From NCBI RefSeq assembly GCF_009914755.1, contig NC_060928.1: 64,000 nt of DNA; one strand, given 5' to 3'. This document shows positions 1 to 15,091 of this stretch, piece by piece. The position numbers and the translations under genes are program-made. The notes below the pieces were generated by a model, which was given only the letters and a program-made list of their open reading frames with translations, was not told where the DNA came from and ran no database searches. Numbering within the stretch: position 1 is the stretch's first letter; the number at the start of each line of letters is the position of its first letter. Origin of the DNA: the human T2T-CHM13v2.0 reference genome, Homo sapiens.

Positions 1-485
1 TGGCCTTGTGAAATCCCCTTTGCTTGAGTAACTTGCTGCCAACCAATAGAATATGGCAATGTTGAGGGTTGCTACCTTTCTGACTAGGTTGCAAATGATT
101 GTGACTTCTGTCTTGCTGGCAGGCTCTCTCTATTTGCCTTTTGGTTTGTGTGCTCTGAGGATGCAAACTGCCATGTTCGTGAGACCTGCATGGCGAGGAA
201 TTGAGGGCAGACTCTGTCCAACAGCCAGTGAGAAACTGAGGTCCAACAGCCTACACGGAGCTGAATCTTACCAATAACTACATGAACTTGAAAGTGTATC
301 CTTCCCTTCAGATGAGTGTAGCCTGAGTGACACCTTAACTGAAGCCTATGAGAGGCCCTGAAGCAGAGGAAGGACCCAGCTAGCTCACACCTAGATTTCT
401 GATGCATAGAAACTGTGAGATAGCATGTGTTATTTTAAGCCAGTTTTGAGATGATTTGTTATACAATAGCAATAGATAACAAATA
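1..485 (+). mobile_element. MLT1-family (ERVL-MaLR) LTR, 3' part
   Basis: Typical MLT1 3' end 'agaaactgtgagata...ttttaagcc...atttgttata..agcaatagataac'. 5' boundary is uncertain. Confidence 0.75.
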
Positions 486-1839
486 TGATGGCAGAGCTCT
501 GTTCCAACAGCAGTAGCAAGCGTGTGCTTGCCGACTCTGGATCACTCCACATTCACCTCTTTGCTTCTACAGCTATGGGACAATAGCAGCAGCGTCCTAC
601 AGTTGCCAATTTCTAGGTAATGCCATTTTCCACTTGACCTGTGTTTTCAAAACCTTTGTCACCATTTTCCTATATTAAATTCCTTCATAATAACAGAAGA
701 GTGGCTAACATATGCACACAACTATTTTTCTTGATAGGGAGATAAAGAGAGCATTGCTGTATATTAAATGTAGTTATGTCTTTTTAGATGTTTAAGAAAA
801 TGAAATGCACCTTTTTTCAAGTGAATAAATGTTTGCCTCTCTGTAGTTCTTGGTTTTTGGGAGAAGGTCAACTTCAAAAGATAGAGTCATTGGCACCTTC
901 TTTCTGTAGTGTGCTTGACTGTATATCCCTGCCCACCCACAGGCAGCAAAGGCAATGCATGAGGGATTTTGAAGGACACACAGTAGCTGCTTCTGTTTTC
1001 ATGTGGGAGTCCAAGGAAGTATAAATGCTGCATGCTCCCTGTAACTAGAATAAAATATTATGGTGTGTGTATAAGGGCAAACTCCTAACTCAGCAGGTGA
1101 ACAACCATATCGACTTCATTCCCCCTGGAGACTGAAATTAGAAAGAAACCTACATATCAGGCCACAGCAGCCCTTGATGAAGCTCAAAAGAGAGGTGGCA
1201 AACTCACAGCTACACAGCAAAAACCAAGTCAGAGGCAGCAAAAGCTGTAGTTTGAGAACAAAGGGAAAGAAAAAGACTAGTCAAAGAGGCCATATCTACC
1301 CACCCACAGAAAACCCAGAGAAGAAAATAAGTTACATTTCTCCCACTGGAAGGCTTGGGGGAGGAGACATTCAGGAAAGCCACAGGGGCAGAAAATTAGA
1401 TAGTTTATCTGAAAAAGGAAAAATGAACTAAAGTGTGCTTTTGATAGATGGCTGGAAGTGAGCACAAAGGCAAAACACCAACATACACTTGGCGTCTGAA
1501 GAATGTCTTTTATCCAAAGATCTTAGAGCAGTTTGAGTGTATTAATTTACTTGTGAGACAGTTAAATTATTATTCGTTCATTTTTATGTGGCATTTTATT
1601 CTAAAATTTGCTAAGGATTTTATAACTCAAGTACATTGGTTATTCCCCAAACAGCCCTGTAGATGCAGTGTGGCCATTACTGTATGACACATGTGGACAC
1701 TGAGCCTCAGAGATGTCAGGAAACAGAGAGAATCAGAGGAGGCTGGAAGATCAGCGATGACTGTATGAACACTGAATAAGGAATGGGGAACTCTGTGGAG
1801 ACAACTCAGTCTTTTCTATGGCTATTTCTTCATGGCTTC

Positions 1840-2286
1840 TGTGGTAGATAGAATGATGGTCCTCCAAAGATGTCCACATCCTAACTCGTGGAACCTGTGG
1901 ATATGTTATCTAATATGGTGGAAAGGACTTTGCAGATATATAAGTTAAGAATATTGAGAGGGGAAAATTCTCCTGGGTTATCTGGGTGGGCCCAATGTAA
2001 TCACAAAGATGTAAGGGAGAGAGGGAGACATGAGAGTCAGAGAAGGAGATGTGATGATGGGCAGGGATTGCAATGATGTGGGGCCATGAGCCAAGGAATG
2101 TGGGAAGGGCAATGGAACACGTTCTTCATCTAAAACTGGAAAGGGTAAGGTTACATCTTCTCCTCTAGAGTTTCTTGACAACCCATCTTAGACTTCTGAC
2201 TTATAGCTGCAAGATCATAAGTTTGTGATGTTTTAATCCACTAAGTTTGTGGTAATTTGTTATAGAAGCCACAGAAAACTCATACA
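1840..2286 (+). mobile_element. MLT1C/D-like solo LTR
   Basis: Starts tgtggtagatagaatgatgg..ccaaagatgtccacatcctaa and ends aactcataca. 5-bp TSD gcttc (1835-1839) / gcatc (2287-2291). Confidence 0.88.
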
Positions 2287-2479
2287 GCATCTTTGAGGAG
2301 TGGGGGGCTGCACTGTAAACCTAAAATTTTATTTTTTGAGTTATTTGGGTAACACAATTTTAGAGGATTTTTTTTAAGAACTGTTTGGATATGTATTAAT
2401 AACAATTATGGGTTTAGTGGCTTGAAGGAAAAATACAGTGGCAGTAACAACAGCAATAGTAATGGGTTATAGTTATTAA

Positions 2480-2650
2480 GGTTGTGTGTGCCAAGTGCTG
2501 GGTAGGGGTGTGGATGTTCCTTCTCTCTCATTTTCTAAAACAATTATATGGGATAATTACCTTCATTTTACAGAGGAGGAAACTGAGTCTGAGAGAGCCA
2601 TGCAATTAGTGGTGGAGCTGGCATTTGCACACAAGCATATCTGACTCTTG
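2480..2650 (-). mobile_element. MIR SINE fragment
   Basis: Antisense MIR core 'cattttacagaggaggaaactgag'. Confidence 0.7.
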
Positions 2651-3287
2651 ACTACGACCTGAAGTGGTTTTTCTATATACTTAATTCATTGATGGGAAAG
2701 GACAAGTCATGTGTGAAAGCAGGGACATGAGCAGGTGATGACAGAAAGTTGAGACAGGCCTCCGGTGGCACTGGGGATGTGTATTGACTCTGCCTCAGCC
2801 ATGACAGAGGTGAGGGACACTGTCTCCTTTCCGTCTTTTCTCTTCTACCCATGCCAGCCAGCCACTTTTATAAAGTACCCACCATCGGTGGGCAGCACTT
2901 TTCCCCATTCTTTCTTGCCAAGTGTGACTCTTCTCTTGAAAGAAAGCACACAATTTCACACTGTATAATGAGTGTCTTTCCTGCCAGAAACAACAAGGAT
3001 GGAGAGGCTGTGGGGCTACTTTAGCTGCCATAAGTTAGAAGGGGGTCAAGTGAGTGGGATCAGGAGGATGTAAGATGAGAAGACCAAAATTTTAATGAGA
3101 TGCTGCTGGAATCAGCATAACCAAGTATGGTATCAGAGCTGAAATAACTTAAAATATTACAAGTGCCATTGTAAAATGCAATACTCCCTACTTCCTAGGG
3201 TGGCTGTGAGAATGGAGTTAATAAATGCAGAGTGCTTTGGATGGTGCTATAGAAGTGTAGCTGTTACTCCACTGCACCCATCCCGCA

Positions 3288-3480
3288 ACTACTCCTGCTG
3301 CTACCAGCGCCCTGTTATTATCGCCACTGCCAGGATTACTACCACTATCACAATTACTCTTACTACTGCCATTGACTACCTTTGCTACCATCACATTATT
3401 TCAACTGCTACCATTGCTGCTGCTATTACTACTACTGTACCGTTGCTATGACAATTATTACCATTACTACTGTTACTGTC
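3288..3480. repeat. Degenerate trinucleotide low-complexity tract (TAC/CAC/TAT/TGC)
   Basis: Period-3 run, e.g. attactaccactatcacaattact...gctattactactactg. Confidence 0.85.
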
Positions 3481-3904
3481 AATCTGTAGGCATAGAAAGT
3501 GCTTCTGTTGTAATAAATAGGCCAACAGACTTCTGTACCTTCAACAAGGGTGGCTAGAGCACATCCTCAGGTCATCCTGGGATTGCCTGGCAATAGTTCC
3601 CAGTCTGATTCTTTTCTTTGGGCTGTTGGCATTCTTTTGCTACTGCTCAGGTTTGGACAAAGTGGCTGTCATTGCCCCAAGCTCTCTGAGGTAGGAACTC
3701 TGCCTGCTTCACTAATTCTTCTCAGTGACAAATGCTCCTCAAATCTATTCCCCAGTGGCCATTTGAAGTGGACAAACAACTCCACAGCCATGAAATATCA
3801 TGTTTTAAATAGAAGGCACTGTGTCAAATGCCACCAGCAACTCAGCCTTGGAGCTGCTGATCTCAGACTGATTCAGATTCTTGGAGATAATCATAAGAAC
3901 TAAC

Positions 3905-4125
3905 CTTTAACAAGTGCTTATTGTGTCTTATCAGGTGCTGTTCTAGGCACTTAACAAAGATTTAATTATTTGACTCTCCAAAAAAGTCTTCGAAATAGTT
4001 ACTGCTATGAATTATGTTTTACAAATGAGAAAACTGAGACACAGAGAAGTTAAGACATTTGCTCAAGATAATACAGCAAATGGGAAAGCTGGGATTTGAA
4101 CACATTCAGTCTAACTCCAGAGATG
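3905..4125 (-). mobile_element. MIR SINE
   Basis: 'ttttacaaatgagaaaactgagacacagagaagttaag...gggatttgaac' antisense MIR core. Confidence 0.8.
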
Positions 4126-4539
4126 CTGCTGCTGGCCAATGTAAACCAACACATTGGCTTCACAGTACACAGCATTTTAGTCAGAGAAGATCAAGGCCTA
4201 GCAAAGACAGCTGCCCATAGTTGGTGCTCAATAAATGCTAGACTAGTGAAGGAATGAATCAACAATGAATGGAAGAATGAGAGTAACATGGTGTTTGTGT
4301 GAGTGAAGAAAGAAGGCAGTATGAGTATTCTAAACCAAACAGTCAACTCAGTTATTGTCAAGAACAGATTGAAAAGGAAGTCAAGGTAGTCAAGAAGGAA
4401 TTGATAAGGAATTATGCATAGAGACCTGGTTTGCTGGAGGATCTAGGGAATTGTCTCTAAGGATTTTCCAGGGCCTGGGGAAGACAGTTCAGTGGAGGGA
4501 GGTGGGAGGACTTCTAGAACACTTGGCCTTTTCTTAGAC

Positions 4540-5107
4540 CAGGGGTCCCTGAACCCCTGGGCCATGGACTGGTACTGGTCAGTGGCTTGTTAGGAACTGG
4601 GCAGGACAGCAGGAGGTGAATGGAAGGTGAGCGAGAGAAGCTACGTCCATGTTTACAGCCACTTGCCATCACTTGCATTACCGCCTGAGCGCCACCTCCT
4701 GTCAGATCAGCGGTAGCATTAGATTCTCATAGGAACATGAACCCTATTGTGAACTAGGTTGTGTGCTCCTCATGAGAATCTAATGCCTGATGATCTGAGG
4801 TGGGGCTGAGGTGATGATGCTAGCGCTGGGGAGTGGCTGCAAATACAGATAAACATTAGCAGAGAGGGTTGACTGCCCACAATAAATCAGTTGCTTGCAG
4901 ACTCATATCAAAACCCTATCAATGTGTGGCAAATGACCAGCCGCATCTGGTGGCAGGCTTTATAGTGGCAAGTGAGTTGAAAAAAAGTGCACAATAAATG
5001 TAATGTGCTTGAGTCATCTCAAACCCACCATACCCCTTACCTCTTTCCTGTGGAAAAATTGTCTTCCATGAAACTGGCCCCTGGTGCCAAAAAGTTGGTG
5101 ACTGCTG
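4540..5107 (+). mobile_element. MER1A hAT-Charlie DNA transposon (non-autonomous), full length
   Basis: Termini caggggtccctgaacc... and ...aaaaagttggtgactgctg. 8-bp TSD tcttagac (4532-4539) / ccttagac (5108-5115). Confidence 0.92.
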
Positions 5108-5456
5108 CCTTAGACCTTTCTGGTGTACCTCATGATATAGTTCCAGTCTCTACAACCAGTCAGCACCTTTCTCTGATGCAGAGTGATTTGTTTGCTTCTT
5201 TTAGTTATTAAAAATTGTGTGTCATAGGATTTTAGTGCTAGAAATCTCTCTAGAGGTCAAGCCCCCTCATTTCACTGATTAGGATACTGAGTCCCAAAGG
5301 GGTTACGGGTCTTGACAAGGCCACAACAATAGGGATTTGCTAGGCCCCAACATGCACCTTTAATTCTGATTCATTCATTTGTTCACCCCAATCTGGTGAC
5401 AGTCTCTTGTGTTGTCTTGAATGTCTTGGTATTTCAGATAAAAAGCCTGGCTTAAG

Positions 5457-6355
5457 TTTTTGATCATAGCCATTCTAACAGGCATGTCATGAAAAAAGAC
5501 AAGAGATGAATGTGGACGAGGTTGTAGAGAAAGGGAGCCCCTACACACTGTTGGTGGGGATGTAAAAGGTGCGGCCGCTATAGGAAACAGTATGGAGTTT
5601 CCTCAAAAAATTAAAAATAGAACTGCCGTATGATCCAGCAATTCCTCTGCTGGGTCTATACCTGAAGGAGATGACATCAGTATGTTGAAGAGGTATCCGC
5701 ACTCCAGTGTTCACTGCAGCATGATTCACAATAGCCAAGATATGCGATCACCCTAAATGTCCATCAGTGGATGAATGGATAAAGAAAATGTGATATTGTA
5801 CAAACTGGAATACTATTAAGCCTTAAAAAGAAGAAAGTTCTGTCATTTGCAACAACACGAATGAATCTGGAGGATATTACGCTACATGAAATAAGCCAGG
5901 CATAGAAAGACAAACACTGCATGATCTCACTCATATGTGACATCTCAAAAAATCGACCTCACAGAAGCAGGGAATAGAATGGTCATTGCCAGGGGCTGAG
6001 GGGCTGGGGTGGAAATAGGAAGATGTCAGTCAAAAAGTGCGAAGGTTCAGCAGCTAGAAAATGAATCATTTCTGGAGACTAGTGTACAACATGGTGACTA
6101 CCGTTAATATGCATTGTATACTTGAAAATTGCTAAGGGAGTAGATCTTAAACATTCTCACTACAAAAAATAATAAGTATGTGAGGTGATGAATATGCTAA
6201 TTAGCTTGATTGTGGTACAATGTATACATATATCAAAACATGGTGTTGTGTGCCTTGAATACATACAATTTTTATTTGTCAATTATACTTTAATGAGGTA
6301 GGGAAAGAAAAAAAAGAAGGGAGAGAAAGAGAGAAATCTAAAATTAAAAAAAAAT
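5457..6355 (+). mobile_element. Old L1M (L1MA/L1MB-like) 3' end with a short 5' inversion
   Basis: ORF2 C-terminal and 3'UTR sequence (ccagcaattcctctgctggg; ttttatttgtcaattatac) with an A-rich tail. The first ~30 bp are antisense L1. Confidence 0.85.
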
Positions 6356-8439
6356 GGAAAAAAGGTCGGCTTGGGCCAGGGCCATAGGCAAACTTTGTTT
6401 TTCATAACACTGGATATGACAATGATCTAATTAGCTAATTAATTTGCACTGTATTCCTTTGCTACAACGTCATATAACTTTCGTCTTTAAGATGGACAAA
6501 CTAAGGTAACTTGCATTTTCCTTCATTTAATATTTAAAACCTCTTTATAAGAAAAAGCAGCCCCAAAGAATTGTTTGTACTCATATTAATATCACTTAAT
6601 TAAAAACATTTTTCAGCATTGTAACAAATAGAACAACCTTAGCTGTAATATATGTTCTTCTTGCAGCAAAGTTTTGCCTCTTTACACCATCAATAAATGT
6701 GAGCATTATAAGATTATAATAAATTATTTAGATTATACTTACTTTTAATCATTATTTTCTCAGTAAATTCTAAAATTCAATGCAAAAGGAACTAAGATGA
6801 CTTAGTTACATATGTTTCACACTGGACTCATTATAGCTTTCTGGGAGTGACTATGTTACTTTATTAAAAATTTCTTTTACCTTTAATAAGGGAGAAAGAC
6901 AGAGACCATTATGTCATCTAGTTTCTCATTCTGTCCTGCTTAGCATATAACTTCTTCATTATTGTACTCTTCATAGTTCCTCCTGAATAGAAAGTATCAA
7001 ATCTCCTCTTCACGTCTTCACTGTAATTATCATTCTTATCTGACATAAAACAGTGATTAAAGTAACCCATCTCTAGAACTAATTTGATATATAACAATAA
7101 AAACTTCTTGACAAATTTCAATGTCATCTGGGTGGTTTAGATATGTACACACTCTGTTATTGATTTTCCCTCCTTTGATAATACAGCACTACTTATTTTT
7201 AGGTTTTCTCTAACTCAAAAGGAAAAAAATGCTGTTTTTATTCTTACTCTCACTAAACGCTTTTATTTAAAGTGTAAGTGACCATTTGGTAGAAGTCACA
7301 TAGATTGTGCAATATTTTAATCCAAGTGAGCAATCTGGTTCTAATACCTTTTGCTTGTGGGTGGGGACACCCATTTTTGCTACTTCAATGGCCTACAATT
7401 CAACCTGATCCCAAGACTTTTGCTATTCATCTCTCCTCCCGCATTTAGCTGTTCTGTTATTCCATTGTTATATTATTGTGGGATTTATATGAATTAGCAC
7501 AGAAAATGGAACTCAAGTGTTCAGATTTAAGCCTCTTTCTTTCTTTGTAGAGCCCAAGGCAGAGAAAAATGTAGATCCAGGAATCTTTTTCTTTTCTTTG
7601 TGACATTACTAAGGAGATGCTATTTTTCCATTTTATAAGTGGAAATATTAAGGCAGAGCCAACTTCGGGGACTTGCTTCAGGTTATATAGTCAATCTGGG
7701 TTGTAGTCAAGAGGAACAAAACATAAAAATAAAAGTTGGTGAAATAAAGAAACTGATGGCCCCAAACAGTATTAGCTGAAATTGCTAGTATAAAAGAACT
7801 CAAGGAAAGTTTAAGTAAAATTGTGGTTGATTGCACTTTAATAGGAACTTAAGGACATTTAGGAGTTGTTTCTAAGCTTGTGAGGCCTTGATTATGAAGG
7901 AAGTTGCAACTATTTCCTACAAAATGCCTCTTGGTACTATTGTCAGACAGTTGGTCTAAGCCAGTGTGGCAATTCTTACTTTATTATGTTTCCCCAAGCC
8001 CCTTTTGGTGTTTTATCTAGTGGAGCATTCATCTGAGACAAACAGCTTATGTACTCTTTCTCGCCAAGCAGAAGCTAGAATGAATGAGAAAATCGCATAA
8101 GAAAATCTGTCCTCCTGATTTCCCACATGAAACTGGCTTGGAGAGTCACTGTTCCCTTGACAGGAGCCTTCTGCAGGCTCCACCAATACTTGTCAACCGC
8201 CTGGCTTGTTGTGGGGGTGGCGGCAGCTGCTACTTCTGCTTCTTCAAAATAAAAACCGCAAATAAGTATATTTAGAAAGTGTGTCCATCCTAGTTCATCT
8301 TCCCAGCTGTTTTCCTGGTGGAATTAGATTAGCAGTGTAAGTGAAATCTTTTCTGAACCTCATCGAAATCCAGACTTGCCTAGTAAATGGCTTCATTCAT
8401 TATTTTCATTTACCTACATTCTAATTTAGTTTTTCTTAT

Positions 8440-8620
8440 TTTTATGAACAGTTACTATATACCAAGTACTGTGCAAAAGGCTTTACAGACAATATCTCAT
8501 TTAATCTCAAAACAGCCTTACAAAGTGGGTGTTACCACCCGTATATGGCAACACCAGGTTTAAGTGACTCACCTAGGTCACTCAGCAGGGTGTCATAATC
8601 TAGTCTGGCTGATTCCAGGG
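8440..8620 (-). mobile_element. MIR SINE
   Basis: 'atctcatttaatctc...taagtgactcacctaggtcac' antisense MIR. Confidence 0.65.
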
Positions 8621-8870
8621 CCTATGTTCCAGGATACGCCATGGCCCCAGCTGAGGACTTTATTAAATAGTCTATGGTCTTGCAGAGTCAAACCTATTCT
8701 CTGGTTCTTAAAGATGGACCACTTGAAGGCAGGTCCTTGAAGAGCCATGGGCACTGACAGTTTTTGCTCACTAGGGATTGGTGGTAATGTCTCGGGTTTT
8801 CTGTGAGTTCAATTTTCATGAGCCCAATTTCGCTTCAGTAAGTATTGATCTGGCCCTAGAACTCATGGTT

Positions 8871-8919
8871 TGTGTGTGTGTGCGTGTGTGTGAGTGTGTG
8901 TGCGTGTGTGTATGCACAC
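8871..8919. repeat. Interrupted (TG)n microsatellite
   Basis: tgtgtgtgtgtgcgtgtgtgtgagtgtgtgtgcgtgtgtgtatgcacac. Confidence 0.95.
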
Positions 8920-10313
8920 CTGTGTTCTCTGGCTTGGAGAGTTAGCAATTACTGATGATCAGGGTTTCCTTAATCTCTCTTAGGAAGACTTCTTAGTCTT
9001 TATTTATTTGGAGGTCAAATTGTGTACAGTATTTCTCCCAGAGATTCCTTCTTAATTCAACAAAGGGAATGTTTTAGAAGAAAACAAAGGGAAAAACAAT
9101 CAACACCAATCCCCAAACACCCATATACATGCACATGAAGAAAATGTGCAACATAGCTAGAGATGCATTATCAGAGCACAGATTAATTATTTGAAGCAAG
9201 GTAGACTATTAGTTTCTGTTAGCCTTGCTGGGACTTATTTCTGAGCTTCTAATTCTAGATATGAGCCCCATGATTACCTCCTTTGGCCCTGCTTAGGCCC
9301 TCTTCCATCTCTACAGTCACTCTGGTTCCTGGGCAAGTCTTCCTTAATGCGCAAGGCATTTCTCACTGTGGTTCCATGACTCCTGTCTGGAATACGGGCT
9401 ATCTGGTCTACTTGCAGTCTGAGTGACGCTTAACTTCTTTACTCATTGGCATAAGGAGTGGCTGAGTTTGCTTTCTCTTGAGGTTCTGGAGTCCCAATAG
9501 TTGAAGAATTCATCCTCGGAGACTCTTCGCTCCTGTCCAGCTTCCTGCCATGCAGCAAAAGCCTGCATTTCTTCTAGTTTCAAGCCTTTGCATCACCTGT
9601 TAGATTTCTTACTATGTTCCTCCTTCAGCCTTAAAAGGTATCTCTTGTGCTCATTTGTAGGACTGGAGTTCTAAAAGAATTCTGCCCTGGTACCAATCAT
9701 TCCACCTCCCTAGTTACTCTATGGGACTTACTCCAGTTGAAACCAGTAGAAAAATACCTCACACATACAGTGGCAATAGTAAACATACAAGAGAAAGAAT
9801 ATTCATTTTCTATATGCCTTTCTCCTATTTTATAAGATATAAAATAAGAACCTTGAATGACAATGAGCTTTTGGGGGAACATACTTTATTCCCACAGGAT
9901 GTTCCCTGTTCTGGGCCTCTCACATTCATGGACATCTCATACATATGGGCATCAGGTACGATACTTTCAGTTGCAAGTAACAGAGATCAACTCTGACTCT
10001 GAAGCTGGTATAGTGGAGGCTGGGAGATCATGTCTAGAAAATGAACATGAACCAGAGAGTCAAGAAACACAAGAATCTGGCCACACCACTGCTGTGGTCA
10101 TGCTGATGCCATGAATGCATTTAAACAAGACTTTGTCTTTGCTTCACCTTCTGCAAAGTCAGATGAGTGAGAACATCTGATAGGCAGGCCTTGATATGTG
10201 TCAGCCTTGCCTATCAGGTCATGAAGACAGGACGGATCACGACTCTTTGGCTTCCTCTGTGGGAACCTGTGGGAAGCCTGTATGCCCAGGGGGGTTTGTG
10301 TTCCTCAAAACCA

Positions 10314-10632
10314 GGCTGGATGTGGTGGCTCACATCTGTAATCCCAGCACTTTGGGAAGATGAGGTGGAACTCCTGGCTCACTTGAGTCCAGGAGCTCAA
10401 GACCAGCCTGTGCAACATAGTGAGACCCTGTCTTAAAAAAAAAAAAAAATTAGTTAGGTGTATTAGTGCTTGCCTGTGGTCCCGGATACTTGGGAAAGTG
10501 GAAAGATTGCTTGAGCCTGGGAGTTTGAGGCCACAGTAAGCTGTGCTTGTGCCACTGCCCTTTAGCCTGGGCTACAGAGCTAGACCCTATTTCAAAACAA
10601 ACAAACAAACAAACAAACAAACAAACAAGAAA
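10314..10632 (+). mobile_element. AluJ with (CAAA)n tail
   Basis: Dimeric Alu, highly diverged, with J-type 'cttgagtccaggag' and 'ttgcttgagcctgggagtttgagg'. Tail is (caaa)n at ~10593-10628. Confidence 0.92.
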
Positions 10633-12581
10633 GGGGGCAGGTTGACTGCTAGACTGCCATAGAAAAATCCAATGGCCAGTTCAATGAATTTTCCTCAGTA
10701 TTTAAAAAAAAAATCTCAATTAGTTTTTCTTAACACTATTCTCAATCTAGCCCTCCCTTTCGTTCTTTTCAAAATATATACCTTTTAGGTTAGCAGTTGC
10801 CTTAATACTGTTAACATTTTATACCGAGACCACAGAGTTGCTGCTAAAGTGTATAGTCAGAATTGAATTCAGAAGATTGATGTTCTCTTCAGGCTGCAGA
10901 CCATCTGATTACTGGATCTCCTCTGGGCAATGAAGCTGCCTCCTTTTTCTCCTCTCTCGACCGTCAAGCTTGCACCACAGTAATAATATTTAATAAGAGC
11001 AGCAGTGAAACTATGTCATTGCTTCTCTGATGGTCAGAGTGGAACGCAGCTCCAAATAAAACAGGAGTGATTGTCATACAGATAATACAGTTGTTTTAGT
11101 TCTTTCACCTTGAGAAAGGATGAGGTAGCTTGAATGCTGATTGATGCTTGTCTCTCATAGTCTACTGGAATATACATTAGGTATTTGGGTGAAACTGTGA
11201 GTTGCACTTGATCATGTATTAAACATTTTGCAAGCTATTTGCTGCTGTATATTCTGACTGGATCTTGAAAAACACCCTTGCTATTTCAGGATAAAAGAAA
11301 TAAAGCTTTTGTGGTTTTGGCTGCTCTACCTAAGTCAGGAGACTCTTTTTCTGAGAATATTTAAACATTTTGCCACATTCATCTGTCTTTTTCTCACACT
11401 ATCCCAGAATAACTGAAGATATGTAATACAGGGAAACCTTATTAAAAAAAAACTTCTACCTAAAGAAATCTGAATTTATATAACAGAAAAATTGTGGAGA
11501 GATTATTTATATTAAAAAAGATTTTCTTTTTTTTTTCACAAAAGTGTTCACGTTAGGCTTTCTTTAAATAGCAAAGTCCCTTACTGGATTAAAATATGAC
11601 TGAATTTCTCTTTCAGAAATGCATCTACTGTTTAAAACAAGCCATGTTTTATGTCATCCAATTTTATAACTGAAGAACTGAGAATAATTCAGAAAAAAGT
11701 CACAGAAACTTTGTGTGGATCTAGGAAGATAATTCAGGGCTAACGATCACTCCTATACTCTCCTAGAAAGAGAGTAGCTTCCATGGAAATGAACTGAGAC
11801 CCTTCCTTCCTAGAACCTGGAAGATTCCTGCATTAAGTCACGTCATAGTCATAAGGTCATTCAACTATTGATGACATTTTCTAACTACGTGTGGATAAGC
11901 TTTTATGTTGATGGTTCAGATTTTCTGCTTTGGAAAAAAGGAATTTTAGTGTATTTGACTTCTAACAATAAAATATATGCAAAGAAAAGTCTGTCATTAG
12001 ATTCCCTAGTTTGTAATTTAGGGGAAGATATTTCACTTCAACCTTTCTGGGCCTTAGTTTCTTCACTTATAAAATGAAGGTTTTGAACTAGATAATCTCT
12101 GAGTCCTTTTATAGCTCCCAAACTTGCTTCTTAGTTGTTTCTTTTATTTTTAAATAAGAGTAACACAAATCCTGTAATTCTGAGAGTCTAGATCACAGAC
12201 TGATCTCATCTATGCTTTATCTTTTCATTTTATAAATGCTCTTGGTGTTTGTAAAGCTTATGTCCAGACTTGAAGCCAGTTAGAGGCCTAAAGAACAGTG
12301 CAAAAGAATGTTAGATATACCTGGATACTCTTCCTCTTCTTTTTAAAAAAATTTAATGAGGAACAAAATCTTAGATTGTTACACAGCAGAGGTGCAATAA
12401 AGAATAAAAATGCAAGGGAGGAAAAGTCACGAAGCCAATGAACAAAAATTCCCCTGTGGTGAGGGTCTTAAAGCAGGTGTAGTGGTTTATCATTTTACTG
12501 AATGAGCTCTGGGTCTGGTGGGTTAAAACAAGATCCTCTGGTTAAGTGGGACAATGAAACATAGATGGGGAAGCAATAGCC

Positions 12582-12720
12582 CTGCTAAAGACTGAATATT
12601 TATATCCCCTCAAGTTCATATGTTAAAATCTAATCTCCAATGTGGTGGTATTTGGAGGTAGGGCCTTTGGGAGTGATTAGGTCATGAGGATGGAGCCCTC
12701 ATGAATGAGATTAGTGCCCT
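12582..12720 (+). mobile_element. MST/MLT1A-like LTR 5' segment
   Basis: 'ttcatatgttaaaatctaatctccaatgtg...ggagccctcatgaatgagattagtgccct'. Confidence 0.75.
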
Positions 12721-13104
12721 ACCAACCAGGGAGCTCACCTAAACATCTGTGTCCAGAGCTTTTATTGGGGCTTCATTATATAGGCATGATTGATTGAAGT
12801 ATTGGCCAAAATATTGAATACAATCTCCAGCCCTCCTCCTTATAGGTCAGGCTAATATCACATGGCTCAAAGCCTCAATTCTCTAATCACATGATTGGTC
12901 TTTCTGGCATGACCAGCCTCCATCCTGAGTAATCTCTTTGGCTTAAGCTATTATAGGCGTCAGAAGTCACCTCATTAGCATAAACCTTCAGGGCCCACCA
13001 TGAATAACAAAGACACTCATGTCACTCTGGAAATTCTAAGGATTTAGAGGATTCCTTCTAGGAACCAGGGAATAGAACCAACCAAACTCTTTATTATGTA
13101 ACAT
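12721..13104 (-). mobile_element. MER21-family LTR fragment
   Basis: Antisense to MER21 ('cacctcattagcataaac', 'ggaaattctaagg', 'ggaaccaggg'). Same family as 23816-24645. Confidence 0.75.
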
Positions 13105-13224
13105 ATTGCTTTTGGCTTTTGTCTGTTCTGTAGCTTTTGTAAGGAATATGACTAGCAAGTTGTTAAATCTCTCTCTTTCTCTGACGAGACTTCAAGACTG
13201 AATTGAAGTCATTAATTGGTTTAG

Positions 13225-13415
13225 AGTCAGAGTAGCAGAATGGTTAACAGTGTGGGTTTGGAGATCAGGCTGCTTGGGTTAATCTTGGTTTCACATCTTA
13301 CTAGCTTGGTGGTCCTGGACAAGTTTCTTAACCTCTCTAAGCCTCAGTTTCCTCTTCAGTAAAATGATAGGTTATCATGATGAATTAAGCTAATGTCTGT
13401 AATGTGCTTAGCATG
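13225..13415 (+). mobile_element. MIR SINE
   Basis: 'caagtttcttaacctctctaagcctcagtttcctc' core. Confidence 0.85.
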
Positions 13416-13651
13416 GTGCTGGGCACACAGAAGCAGTCAAGGTTTGCTACTAACGATTGCGTTAGGATTTTAGAAAAGCTGTTGACTATTTCTAAATGTT
13501 TACTTTCTAAAGGTGGCATGCCCTAAATATATTCAGGCCAGTGGTTGTATCAGATTTTTAGTTTTTAGGCACTGATTCTTTGTTAAAGGAAATCTTTCAC
13601 AAAATCCGAATCTAGAAAGCCGATGAAATCTATATTAAGCTGAACTCCTCT

Positions 13652-15091
<1,440 letters not shown>

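Noticed and set aside
3176-3557. Thr-rich and Leu/Tyr-rich ORFs resembling mucin or signal peptides
   Set aside because: Produced by the degenerate trinucleotide tract, with no splice or promoter support.
7530-7560. Polypyrimidine tract plus AG resembling a splice acceptor
   Set aside because: No convincing downstream donor or reading frame, and such motifs are common by chance.
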